From Monocercomonoides exilis PA203 (taxonomy: Eukaryota > Protista > Preaxostyla): a stretch of DNA of 64,000 nt. The position numbers and the translations under genes were made by a program. The notes beneath the pieces are model-generated. The model saw only the letters and a program-made list of their open reading frames with translations. It searched no databases and had not been told where the DNA came from. The stretch is taken from positions 310,001 to 374,000 of the forward strand of contig LSRY02000003.1 in assembly GCA_001643675.2 (NCBI GenBank), written 5' to 3'. This document shows, piece after piece, positions 51,301 through 62,242 of the stretch (the first letter of the stretch is position 1; each line of letters opens with the position of its first letter).

Positions 51301-54300
51301 GTGCTCTGTGAAGAGGTTGTGATGGAGAGCCAGTTTTGGAATGTGTCAGGCACAATTGGTGACACTGCTGTTGAGGTTGTTGTGCCTCCTGCTCTTCAGT
51401 TTGACTCAGAATGTTTGATTCACATTTCATCTGGAGCATTGCTGAAAGATTTGTGCTTTTCTCTCCCATCATCTCTTTCTCCAGCCTCATCATTCGTCAT
51501 TTCCTCTTCAAATGTTTTGAGTGTCAGCGATTGTTCAATTGAACCATCCACTGATAACTTGTTGAATGAAATTGAATGCTGTGTTTTTCATATTGATGGA
51601 GGAGAGCTGCACATGGCAGGCTTCTCGAACAAAGGACCAATGAATACCTTGTCAGATCCAATTATCAGATGCGCTGGAGAAAGTTCAGCAGAATTATCAA
51701 ATTGTGTTCTAACTGGAATTTCGAGGAGAAATGGAGGAGGAAGCTGTTTGGAAAGGAGTTGTGACAAAAAGGAAAACGAGAATTCTGACACTTCTATTGT
51801 TGATGTTATTATAATCACTAATTGCACATTCAGTGAATGCGTTGTTGAAGAGAAAAATGGTTTTGGTGGAGGAATGAAGATTTCAATTGGCAATGATGAA
51901 GATGTTGCGATTAATGAATCAACCACGTTTGATGGATGCAAGGCAGAGAATGAAACAGACTCGAATGGAAAAGGAGGAGGAGTATTTGTCACAATGATGA
52001 GTCAAGAGTGTGGTTTTGCAATTGGACAGAATGTTCAATTTTCGATAATGCTTGAGAATGTGGCCTCATATGGGAAGGATGTGTTTGTGAGTTGTGGGAG
52101 TGCAGTGTTGTTGGAGTCAAAAGTGAATAACAGCTCATTTTCATTTTTTGACGCAAGAACAATTCCATCAGATGTGTTGAAACTGAGTGGAAGTGAAAAA
52201 GGAATTGAAAGTGGAGTGATTCCACTGTTTGTGTATTTGTGCACAATGGGTACAAAAGTGCTTGTTGATGGGAGTGGAGGAAATGGGAAGGACCACAACC
52301 ATTGTGGATTTGATGGATTCAGGTGTTTGACAGTTGATTATTGCGCGAACTCAAGAATAAGTGAAAGTTCAAAAGAAATAGAAGTTATCTCATCTTCATC
52401 AATAACCAAGGAAATAACAGGGCCATCATTTGGTGTGAGTATTTCAGGCAGAATAGTGTCATCCGATGGAGAGAGGATGAGAGTGAATGTGAGTGATGAA
52501 GGATCAGATACACAAGATTGGCTTGTTGGATGTTCGAGTTCACTGACAATGAGCAGACTTTCATTTGTTGTGAAAGGTCAGTTGAAATCAAGGAGAAGTG
52601 CATTCATTCATTCAACATCAACACTCAACATTACAAGCTGTTCAGTTTCATTTGAGAGAGAGGCATTGACTGATGGAAAGATAGGATATAATGTGATTTG
52701 TATTGAGGGAGGAGGGCTGGTTGTGGATGGATTTGCGATGGAAGGGTTGGTTACAATGAATGGGAAATCACCAATATCAATGAGTGATGGAGTGAAATTG
52801 GAGATATTGAACAGCAGAGTGAGTGGAGTGGAAGTGACAGGTGGGAATGGAGGAGGATGTCTGAATTTTGTGATGAAGGAAGAAGGAGGAAGTGTGAATA
52901 TTGAAGAAAGCAATATATCCTCGAGATGTTCAGGTGGAAGTGAGATGAAAGGAGGAGGGATGATGATATCAGTGGGGAACGGAGGAATATTGAGAATGAA
53001 AGGAGTGAAATTATCAGGATGTGAAGTTCCATCAGAGGATAGAGAGGAAGGAGGAAGGGGAATTGGAGGAGGGATATTTATTGAACTTCCAAATCAAATG
53101 GGAACATTTTCATTAGAGAGCATGACATTTGCTGGGTGCAGCGCATTAAAAGGGAAGAATGTGTTTGTTTCAGGATGGAATCTGAGTGAGATTGTGAACA
53201 TGGAGCTCTTCAAATGGGAGATGAATGAAGAGGAGTTGAAATCATTGGATGAGCTGTGTGGATGGGAGAGGAAGACAACTGGAGAGGAGGGATATGTGAT
53301 TCCACTTGTTGTATATTTGTGGGATAATTGGAGCAGGGATGGATATGTTTCTGAGAGGAAGGGAGGAGACTTTAGTGGGTGTGGATATTCAGAAGCACCA
53401 TGTTCATCAGTTGATCACTTATTTTCTCTGAGATTTGGTTCACTTGGAGAAGGCGAATCACGTATCAACATTGTTGGAACAGGAGAACTGAACAGAGAAA
53501 TATCATTTCAAATACCTCCTTCACTTATGGAAACTCCAGTTGTGACAATTGAAGGAGAAAAGAAAGGGACAGTTTTGAAAGTGGGAGAAATGGATGCAAG
53601 TGGAGAAGGTGAATCGATGGTTGTTTCGAATGTTCATCTTTCATTCACGAACCTATTATTTTCTCTGCTAAATGAATTTTCTTATCATTTATCATTAATT
53701 CACTCAACATCCTCGGCAACATCACTTTCAATCATGAGATGCTCATTTGTTTGCAAGGATTCAACAAAAGAAACGAAATATTGTTTGATGAAAGTGGATG
53801 GAGGGAGTTTGACGATTGTGGATGTCACTCTTTCTCAGTTCAATCTTGCAAAAGGGTTTGTGGAATTCACAACAGATGTGAAAAGTGCTGATGTGATGAA
53901 TATGACGATATCTAATACAACAATATCAGGAAACAGTTTTCTTTCGCTGGGTCAGTCATTGCCATCAAACATGTTGATCGATCAAGCAAAAGAAAACACA
54001 ATACAAATTGTGAGGGTAAACGATTCCTCGTTCACAAACATCACATGTTTAGAGAACAGGGCAAGTGTGATGAGTGTGGGATCATTTTCAATTGGGATGG
54101 AATGTGTGGTGGAAGGGTGTGTGCTGACGAAGTGCATGAGCGAGAGAAGCAAAGAAGGAGGAGGGATGAAGGTGTGTTTGAAGAGAGGGGAGTCAGAGTT
54201 GAAAGTGAGTGGATGCTCATTTGGGATGTGTGTGTGCTCGACAGTGAATGGAAGGGGAGGAGGGATGATGATTGATGCACTTGATCCGAATGGGGAATGC

Positions 54301-57300
54301 TCCAACACCGAAATGCCACCACTAGGGCTGAGATTGGAGAACATCCGATTCATGATGAACGATGCATTTGCGGGGAAGGATGTGTTCATCCGATGTGATT
54401 CGATTGCCTCGCAGGTTAATGAAAAACTGTTTTCATTGGACTTCAGCCAGGAAGCACTGAAGGAGGAGAACTCGATGTGTGGGAGGGATCCAATCAATGA
54501 AATTGATGTTGATCTAATTCCGCTTGTCACATTCTTTCACTCAGCTCAGGTGTTTGTGAATGGAAGTGGGAGTGATGGGGGAGGATGTGGGACACAGAGC
54601 AGCCCATGTGCGAGCATCAATTGTGGGGTTGATCACATCCAAGAAGGGGTGATGAATGCGATTCTGATTGAGTGTGAAGGGTTTGTGACGAAAGAGTGTG
54701 TGATTGGAGACCTGGTTGTGAATTCATTCAAAAAGACACTGGCGATTGTTCGATTGAACTCCAAGATTGAGAAATCGGCTGAGAAGGATTGTATCATGGA
54801 GTTTGTGAATGAATGTTCTGTGGAGAGGTGCTCATTCCAGTTTGAAGATTCGTTTGAGGCGACTCACAGCTTCATCATGAAAGTGAAGAATGGAATAACA
54901 AAAATACAAGAATGCGAGTTCTTTTCTTATTCAACAACCGAAGAAATGAAGTTGAACAGTTCAATTGTGAGCGTAGAAAGTGGAGAATTGAAGATATCAG
55001 AGACAACATTCAAGAATATTCATTCAACAATATCGGTGCTTTCATTTTGTGAAGAATCAAATATGACAATTGATGAAACAATAATATCGAATATCGAATG
55101 TGAGGGAAATGTTGTGAGTGTTGGAGGGAAGGCGAAAGTGGTGATGAAAGAAATAGTTGTTGAGAATTTGACTCTGTTGTTGAAAGGGTGTGTGATTAGG
55201 ATCGAAGATGCTGAAAAAGAGGTGAGCATGTTGAATGTCTCATTTGAAAAATGTGTGAATTCGGAGGATAAGGGAAGCATGACGCATATTAAACAATCCA
55301 AGGATGTGAGGGTTGATGCATGTGTGTTTGATGGAGAAACAGAAATCGAGGTTGCCAATGAAGAAAACAATAGAAAAGAAGGATTGTGCAAATGGAATGG
55401 GTCATTGGTTGATGTTGAGAAAAGCAAAGTGGAGATGAGGGAAACAACAATCAGAAATGGCAAGGGAGGTGGGTTGTGGGTGAGTGGAGGGAATGTGAAG
55501 ATTGAGAAAGGAGAGTTTGAGAACAACAATCCATTGATTGAGGGATATCCATCAGCCCGAAGGAATGTGATTTGTGAAGGGAATAGCGAACTGGATGTTG
55601 TGAGCGTGAAAGGGGGAGATGGAATAGAGAAAAATACATCGTTGTGGATATTGGATGGGGGATGCGAATTGGGAGGGATTACTTCAGAAAGAGGATCATC
55701 ATTTTTCATCCCCTTTTTGGAAGAGGTGAAGAATTTAACACGGTCAAATGGGAATTTGGAGTTGATGATTCGTGGGAAGCTTCTTCTTCCTTGCAATTTG
55801 TCGCTGAAGATAAGCATGAAAGATGGAGATGAAGAGGAAATAGTGAGAAAGGGAATTGAAGAAGAAGGGTTTGTGTCAGAGAATGAAATTCATTCCATTA
55901 TTTCATGTTCTGAATTGGAGAAAGTGAGAGAAGAGACTGAAGTTAGTGTGTGTATTGTGTTTGGAAAAGATGATTCTCCTTCATCAACAGATCCATTTAT
56001 CTTGAAGAACAGGAGTGAAAGTGTTGGAAAAGGAGATGAAAGGATTGTTGAAGGAAGGAAAGAAGGAAAATCATATTTGTTGCTAATTGTTATAATTATG
56101 GCATCTATTCTATTAATTGTTCTGATTGTGTCTGTCATTGTAACTATTCGTTGGAGAAAGGCAAAGAATGAGAATAAAGATCCGAGAGAGATTGTGAATG
56201 ACACAGTGAAAAAGGATCCGAAGTTGATTGAGATGGTGACGATGGAGATGTCACCAGAGGCACAGTGGAGGAGGGCTGAGAGGGAAGCTGAGAAGAAGAA
56301 TGAAGAGAGGATAAAGAAGAGGGTGTATGCGAAAAGTTTGGGGCACTCTGAGTCATCAGAGCATTTGCTGAGTGAGAGTGGCTCAACAGAATACATTCTG
56401 GGAAGAGATTCAGACAAGATCCCTGATTGGGCATTGGAGAAAGAAGAGGAGGAAGAGATAAGGAAGAGATCACCATCACCATCAATTTCTTCGACATGTT
56501 CTACTGATTCAGATTCGACATTTGTTCGAGGTGAGGATCTGTGTCCAACCACCTCATCGATGTCGAACTTGGTGGATGCAATGGCGTGCTCATCTCCTCA
56601 TGAAAAGCTGATTGTGGATTTGAGGGATTCACTGTTCATGCTGCTTCACGGAAGGAATAAGACAAAAGAGATGGCAATTGGGAGTTTGAAAGAAAGAGAG
56701 CAGACAGCTGCCCAAATCCTGTTCTGGGTGGCTAATCTCGCACTCCATTCATTTGACGAGATGGAAAATCCACTTCAGTCACTTGCCAATCTGAGTCCAC
56801 ACATTGTTTTGTTTTCTGAGCACATGGTCATTTGTATCGTGATGCATTCTGATTTATTATCAGATGATGATTCTGATTCATCATCCATCTCTTCATCAAC
56901 AGTTGCAACATCTGCCAGTGATGATGATGATGATGATAGTGACTCACTGCCTTCATCAGCATTTGAAGAGGATGAGGATGCCTTCAAAAAAGAGTGCCTG
57001 AGGTGGAAGGCGCCAGAGCTACAGGTGAACAAGAAGAGGGATGCGACGAAGGAGTCGGTGGCCTTCTCGATTGGGATGATGCTGTGGGAGTGCCTGACAC
57101 TGGAGATTCCGTTTGGGGAGTATGCGGCAGAGGTGGCAGGGGAGAAGATTGGGATGTTTGAGATGCCGAACATGGCTGGTGCAGAGGGGTCGTCGCTTTG
57201 GAGTGTTGTGAAAGGGTGTGTGGAGCAGGAGGCTTCGAGGAGGATGAAGCTTGTGGAAGTGAAGCGGGAGCTGATTTCGCACTTCCCGAAGGATGCATTG

Positions 57301-57390
57301 GTGATGACGATGTCAGATGCAGTGGAGGTGGTGGAAACACGAAGAGAAGAGGGGAATGAAGGGGATGACAACAAAGAGAATGAAGGATAA
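48340..57390 (+). CDS. 3016-aa intronless type I membrane protein: signal peptide, Cys/Gly-rich repeats, TM helix, degenerate kinase-like tail
   Basis: Hydrophobic N-terminus. Repeated 'GGG[M/I/V]..I' and 'D...CG....PC.S' modules. TM segment 'LLLIVIIMASILLIVLIVSVIVTI'. C-lobe motifs 'RWKAPE' and 'FSIGMMLWECLTLEIPF'. Confidence 0.92.
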   Translation: MNLIFLFTCAALLNGFAVVDEQGANELKLNVYSPNEHILNRQLSYDRSDEILDGLNNHSFDANDNVNKYKITDKDAETLVLMQKRSDHFSKEKRRELKDLNNHELNVSWQLKTIGDSKRVFRNQRSTVMAMVNFGNSSCEMKYLSFLKEERRSLMLINDLSTVLVHCCSVYQRGASSDYLFTLNEGYLILSNTSYMSAEFAEIIEPFVGCDKMSSEKTKKDLKIIDSDFSSFSLGRSTSLLASTDIWKISVFNCHFSNISQRARIQNNYNSMGNSKNDYSFAGCVVEKVDSPLGGGLVEGMHSGYNHFFAWNSSYSQCVRRENTDPVIGKKNMTRQTFSSGDATFVECDFNNVSTDDSIYSCGGAILFNSSGLLNVTLCKFHIYHAAYCGGAIGCRENGKNFAISLSTFDSCSSEASGGCIDFCYVSTVSLKSINCSNSSTKHIGGGVFFDHNEYRGIIDFCNFFSCRKNTTQLNGGGSIAIYNQGAITLSDSSICNGYSENNGAGISWDSHTGITYSLVVFCFFSNNTAANTGHDVFIAEGWTNIVETTFTHCRSRTNASSKRIVKGSIEHDNWIPKVFFNPVFVNSQEGLDHKACGLVKEGDGYGRRCKTIEYGMNVLDADGSGNEVIIEFGDYEENKFDVGKMRIAFEGKGKAQVVVLNRSPNGESLVAIGSGKGSFRNMTFVCGKNPSSHLMEVLAEEGILNMCECVITTLRNEEGSVLTASLMIVQKGSVSFDSVEINGISFSSVPAFGIRGESSLSFQMKGVNVNGISRMSGDGSVICGNLVNGMKVNVSGGMMRNCECENGCGGGMWIQLSEGSQMEIGNVSSESVIENIENETFSSCSCVGKGYGVGGYGGAIYLDVVDGNCAFCIRYVSFENCQAEKGNNIFVNAKCLRDVVNKATFGFEFERMADRDLLGFEDGCREECVPLLPFMMEAGDVGFVGGEKSMDFSRCGLEQYPCSSIKRVVELWYGAVSRTIRIKNGFVLCEEVVMESQFWNVSGTIGDTAVEVVVPPALQFDSECLIHISSGALLKDLCFSLPSSLSPASSFVISSSNVLSVSDCSIEPSTDNLLNEIECCVFHIDGGELHMAGFSNKGPMNTLSDPIIRCAGESSAELSNCVLTGISRRNGGGSCLERSCDKKENENSDTSIVDVIIITNCTFSECVVEEKNGFGGGMKISIGNDEDVAINESTTFDGCKAENETDSNGKGGGVFVTMMSQECGFAIGQNVQFSIMLENVASYGKDVFVSCGSAVLLESKVNNSSFSFFDARTIPSDVLKLSGSEKGIESGVIPLFVYLCTMGTKVLVDGSGGNGKDHNHCGFDGFRCLTVDYCANSRISESSKEIEVISSSSITKEITGPSFGVSISGRIVSSDGERMRVNVSDEGSDTQDWLVGCSSSLTMSRLSFVVKGQLKSRRSAFIHSTSTLNITSCSVSFEREALTDGKIGYNVICIEGGGLVVDGFAMEGLVTMNGKSPISMSDGVKLEILNSRVSGVEVTGGNGGGCLNFVMKEEGGSVNIEESNISSRCSGGSEMKGGGMMISVGNGGILRMKGVKLSGCEVPSEDREEGGRGIGGGIFIELPNQMGTFSLESMTFAGCSALKGKNVFVSGWNLSEIVNMELFKWEMNEEELKSLDELCGWERKTTGEEGYVIPLVVYLWDNWSRDGYVSERKGGDFSGCGYSEAPCSSVDHLFSLRFGSLGEGESRINIVGTGELNREISFQIPPSLMETPVVTIEGEKKGTVLKVGEMDASGEGESMVVSNVHLSFTNLLFSLLNEFSYHLSLIHSTSSATSLSIMRCSFVCKDSTKETKYCLMKVDGGSLTIVDVTLSQFNLAKGFVEFTTDVKSADVMNMTISNTTISGNSFLSLGQSLPSNMLIDQAKENTIQIVRVNDSSFTNITCLENRASVMSVGSFSIGMECVVEGCVLTKCMSERSKEGGGMKVCLKRGESELKVSGCSFGMCVCSTVNGRGGGMMIDALDPNGECSNTEMPPLGLRLENIRFMMNDAFAGKDVFIRCDSIASQVNEKLFSLDFSQEALKEENSMCGRDPINEIDVDLIPLVTFFHSAQVFVNGSGSDGGGCGTQSSPCASINCGVDHIQEGVMNAILIECEGFVTKECVIGDLVVNSFKKTLAIVRLNSKIEKSAEKDCIMEFVNECSVERCSFQFEDSFEATHSFIMKVKNGITKIQECEFFSYSTTEEMKLNSSIVSVESGELKISETTFKNIHSTISVLSFCEESNMTIDETIISNIECEGNVVSVGGKAKVVMKEIVVENLTLLLKGCVIRIEDAEKEVSMLNVSFEKCVNSEDKGSMTHIKQSKDVRVDACVFDGETEIEVANEENNRKEGLCKWNGSLVDVEKSKVEMRETTIRNGKGGGLWVSGGNVKIEKGEFENNNPLIEGYPSARRNVICEGNSELDVVSVKGGDGIEKNTSLWILDGGCELGGITSERGSSFFIPFLEEVKNLTRSNGNLELMIRGKLLLPCNLSLKISMKDGDEEEIVRKGIEEEGFVSENEIHSIISCSELEKVREETEVSVCIVFGKDDSPSSTDPFILKNRSESVGKGDERIVEGRKEGKSYLLLIVIIMASILLIVLIVSVIVTIRWRKAKNENKDPREIVNDTVKKDPKLIEMVTMEMSPEAQWRRAEREAEKKNEERIKKRVYAKSLGHSESSEHLLSESGSTEYILGRDSDKIPDWALEKEEEEEIRKRSPSPSISSTCSTDSDSTFVRGEDLCPTTSSMSNLVDAMACSSPHEKLIVDLRDSLFMLLHGRNKTKEMAIGSLKEREQTAAQILFWVANLALHSFDEMENPLQSLANLSPHIVLFSEHMVICIVMHSDLLSDDDSDSSSISSSTVATSASDDDDDDSDSLPSSAFEEDEDAFKKECLRWKAPELQVNKKRDATKESVAFSIGMMLWECLTLEIPFGEYAAEVAGEKIGMFEMPNMAGAEGSSLWSVVKGCVEQEASRRMKLVEVKRELISHFPKDALVMTMSDAVEVVETRREEGNEGDDNKENEG

Positions 57391-58467
57391 TGCAATTGAG
57401 AAAAAAATGAGATGAAAGGGGAAATGATTTAAAAGAAGAGTTAAAAATGTGTGAGAATTGTGAATGAGAACACACTGAGATGAAAGGTGCGTTAGCAGAT
57501 CCTGCTTTATGAAGGAATGAATTTGAGAAATATGAAAATGAAAGAGATATTTTCATTGATTGCTTTTGCTTTCGCATTGTATTTTGTTTTTCGTTTATTT
57601 GAAGTTTTTTCAGATTTTAGTGATTTTTGAGTGTTTTTTTATATTTTTTGTGTGAGTTTGATTTGTTGAGAAATCACATCTTATTTTGTTTGAAAAGTGC
57701 TTCAATGAAGGTTGGAGTGCGTGTGATAAATAGTCTTCTTTTGAATAGGCATATATCTTGCGTAGATGTTTGAGTGTCACAATCTTTATTTTTTGTTGAT
57801 TCCTTCCAGCAATTTCTTCTTCTTCTTCTTTATTGTTATATTTAAATTTATATTTATATACATACAACAACGTTTTTCAAATGAGGTTATGAGCATACAG
57901 CTGCGAGCATGCTTTCAATTGAAGCATTGGCAGCATGTGGCTTGGAGAGGAGAAAAGAATGCTCAGCAACTTTATTTTGGTTGAGACTGATTTTTAATTC
58001 GCATTTATATTGAGGAGGTTAATTTCTTGTTTTCGTTTTCGTTTTCGTTTCACACATGGACGAGTTTGTGTTGCACTGTTTGCCAAAGCACAATTTGATG
58101 ATGATGTGATATTGGCTGCTGTCCTGAGATTTTTTTGCCATTGCGTTGTTTTGGGTGACTGTTTTTCTTTGAACATTTTCTTGTAATTTCTGATGTTTTT
58201 GTTTGAAGTCAATATTTATCACCTTGAAGATGTGTTCATCGATTTGTGAGTTTGTTGGGGAAGGAGATTGAGAAATGTGTTTGTTTCCTCTTTTCTTTCC
58301 CTTTCAAGGCTCACAGATTTATGATGGCGATTGAAAAGGATAAGATTGATGGAGATTCTGATATACAAATGCCTCTTATCTGAAAAGCAAGATGTAATTA
58401 TCAATTGATTTTTGTTATTCGTTTGAAAATCATTTCAAAATGTTTTATTTATTTATTGAAAAATATA

Positions 58468-60210
58468 CACCAAAAACAATTCTAATTCGAAAAAAAATAA
58501 TTCATTTTCGTAAAAGAATAATTCAAAATCAAAAATTGATTATTCAAATTCGTAATTTATTAATTCGATTTAGAAAAAGAATACTTCATTTTCGAAATTC
58601 ATTTAAAACTGAAATTTTTAATTTTTCTCGAGAATGGATTTCAGAAAAGTTCAAGTTGTTTTTTAATCGTTCAAATATTATTACTCAAATAACTTTTTTT
58701 TAAATAAAAATATGAATCAAATCAATTTTTTGAATTTTTTTTTTTCTTTTTCGAAAATCATCACTGAAATGATAAAAATTTCAAAAAATTCATTCTATGG
58801 AATAACAAAAAAAAAAAAAAATATTTTTTTAAATTTCAATCACGTTTATTGAAAAATAAAAATTTAGAATTTTTTTCCCAATAGACAAAAATTTTTTTCT
58901 TTGGTAAAAATATTAATATCATCTCTTTCTTTTATATGATAATGAATTCATTTTCTTTTCAAATGAACTTCAAAATTTAATATTTTCTGTCAAAATGAAT
59001 GAAAATTATTTGAAGAAAATACAGAATTTTTCATTGGGTGCCCATTTTATCTTGACCTCTATTTTTTATCTCAACCACTTTTTTTTGTAACTAATATTTG
59101 CTTTTTTGATTTGTGAAAAGGCTGAAAACAAAAACAAATTAAATTGACTTCTTGACATTTTTGTTTTTCAGAATTCTGTTGAAAAAAACTTGAAATTTTT
59201 ATGTTAAAAAAAAATATTTAAATTTTTTATTAATTTTAGGACCCAGATCAAAGACTTGCTGACTTTGAAGCGAATATTTCATACCGAATGTTTTCAGCCA
59301 CAGCATCAGCATTCCACATTCCTATATTATAATTTTAATTTGTTTTCAACATTTTCAATTTAATTTTTGACCTTTTTTTCTCATTTCACTGTTTTTGCTT
59401 AAAACACGATTATTAATATTAACAAGTGTTTATGTCAAATTTTATATAAATGAAAAAAATACACAAAGTCTTAATTATCGTTTATTTGTATTAAGTTTTG
59501 AAATGAAAAGGAACTTTTCAAGAATATTAACAAAAAAGCAAGTATATATGATTTATTTGTTATTATAATTACCAAACATCAACAAACAAATTATCATTTT
59601 TTCATTCAAGAATCGTTTTATTTTTATAATGTTTATTTATCATTTCAATAAATTTCAAAACAAATTCATATTTGTCCTTTAAATCGTGTTTTTTGAAAAA
59701 ATGTGTGAAATGAGAAAAAATGAAAAAAAAACAAGTTGTGAAAGTTCAAAACAAGTTCAACTTATAAAAAAGAAACGATGTATTATGATATGAAAGCTTA
59801 AAACTTCCGATAAAAAATATTCGCTGGAAAAGCAGCAAGTCAATGATCAAAACAAAAAATTATTATTATCCTTGATCTTTTTGTAAAACAAGAAATATTG
59901 AAAAAAAAATATAGAATAAGGAAATTAAAACATTTCAAACATTTCTGGTTATTTTTTATTTATCGCAGGCTTGTGTAAAGCTAAAAGTATAGCAAAAAAG
60001 AAAAGGTCAAGATAAAATTATAGCCCTATTTTCATAAACAAAGTGAACTGATGAAATACAAATTAACAAAATTGATAACCCAAAACACAAGTTATTCATT
60101 CCACAAATCTCTAAAATTTCCTTATCGAAATCGATTAATTCTTTCTTGAAATCGAATTAATAAATTTCGAAATTGAATTATTTATTTTCGAATCAGAATT
60201 ATTTTTGGTG
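58468..60210 (+). mobile_element. MITE family A copy 3 (TA TSD) containing a nested insertion
   Basis: TA|CACCAAAAACAATTCTAATTCGAAAA ... TTTTCGAATCAGAATTATTTTTGGTG|TA. Both arms are homologous to 25332-26160. Confidence 0.85.
59036..60026. mobile_element. ~1-kb foldback element with GGG..CCC ends, nested in MITE A
   Basis: GGGTGCCCATTTTATCTTGACCT ... AGGTCAAGATAAAATTATAGCCC, with flanks CATT/TATT. Internal inverted blocks: 'gacttgctgactttgaagcgaatattt' vs 'aaatattcgctggaaaagcagcaagtc', and 'aaaacacgat' vs 'atcgtgtttt'. Confidence 0.75.
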
Positions 60211-60627
60211 TATCATTCGAAGAAAATAAATTGAGAAGAGATGGATTGAGACTCATAATAATTTTTGATGCAGATATAAATGAACAGGTATTCAACTTAA
60301 GTTATTGTGATATGTTTTGCATTTAAAAAATAATTGAAATTGAAAATTTCAGAAATACGAATTAAAAATTTTTCAAACGAAATTGTGATAATTTCTAAGG
60401 AACAATTAATTTGTCATCAACTGATAATGTTTTGTGAACTACAACATGAAAAGAAACATATATCAATTTTTCACAAGTGCATCGTTTTTTTTTTTCTGAT
60501 TTTTCATGTTCAAGGTATGTAAATAAATTGTTTTTAAAGTTTTTTTTTTATGAAAACTGATTAACTCATAATTTTTTCATCGAATCGTTTTTTTTGAATA
60601 AAGTCATTCACAATATTGGATTTATTT

Positions 60628-62145
<1,518 letters not shown>

Positions 62146-62242
62146 TAACTTCTGTGATAAATCAATATTTCTTCTAAATTTTTAAATGGAAAAAGGGTAA
62201 ACAAACATCTTTAAAACATTCTTTATTAACTTTTATTATATA

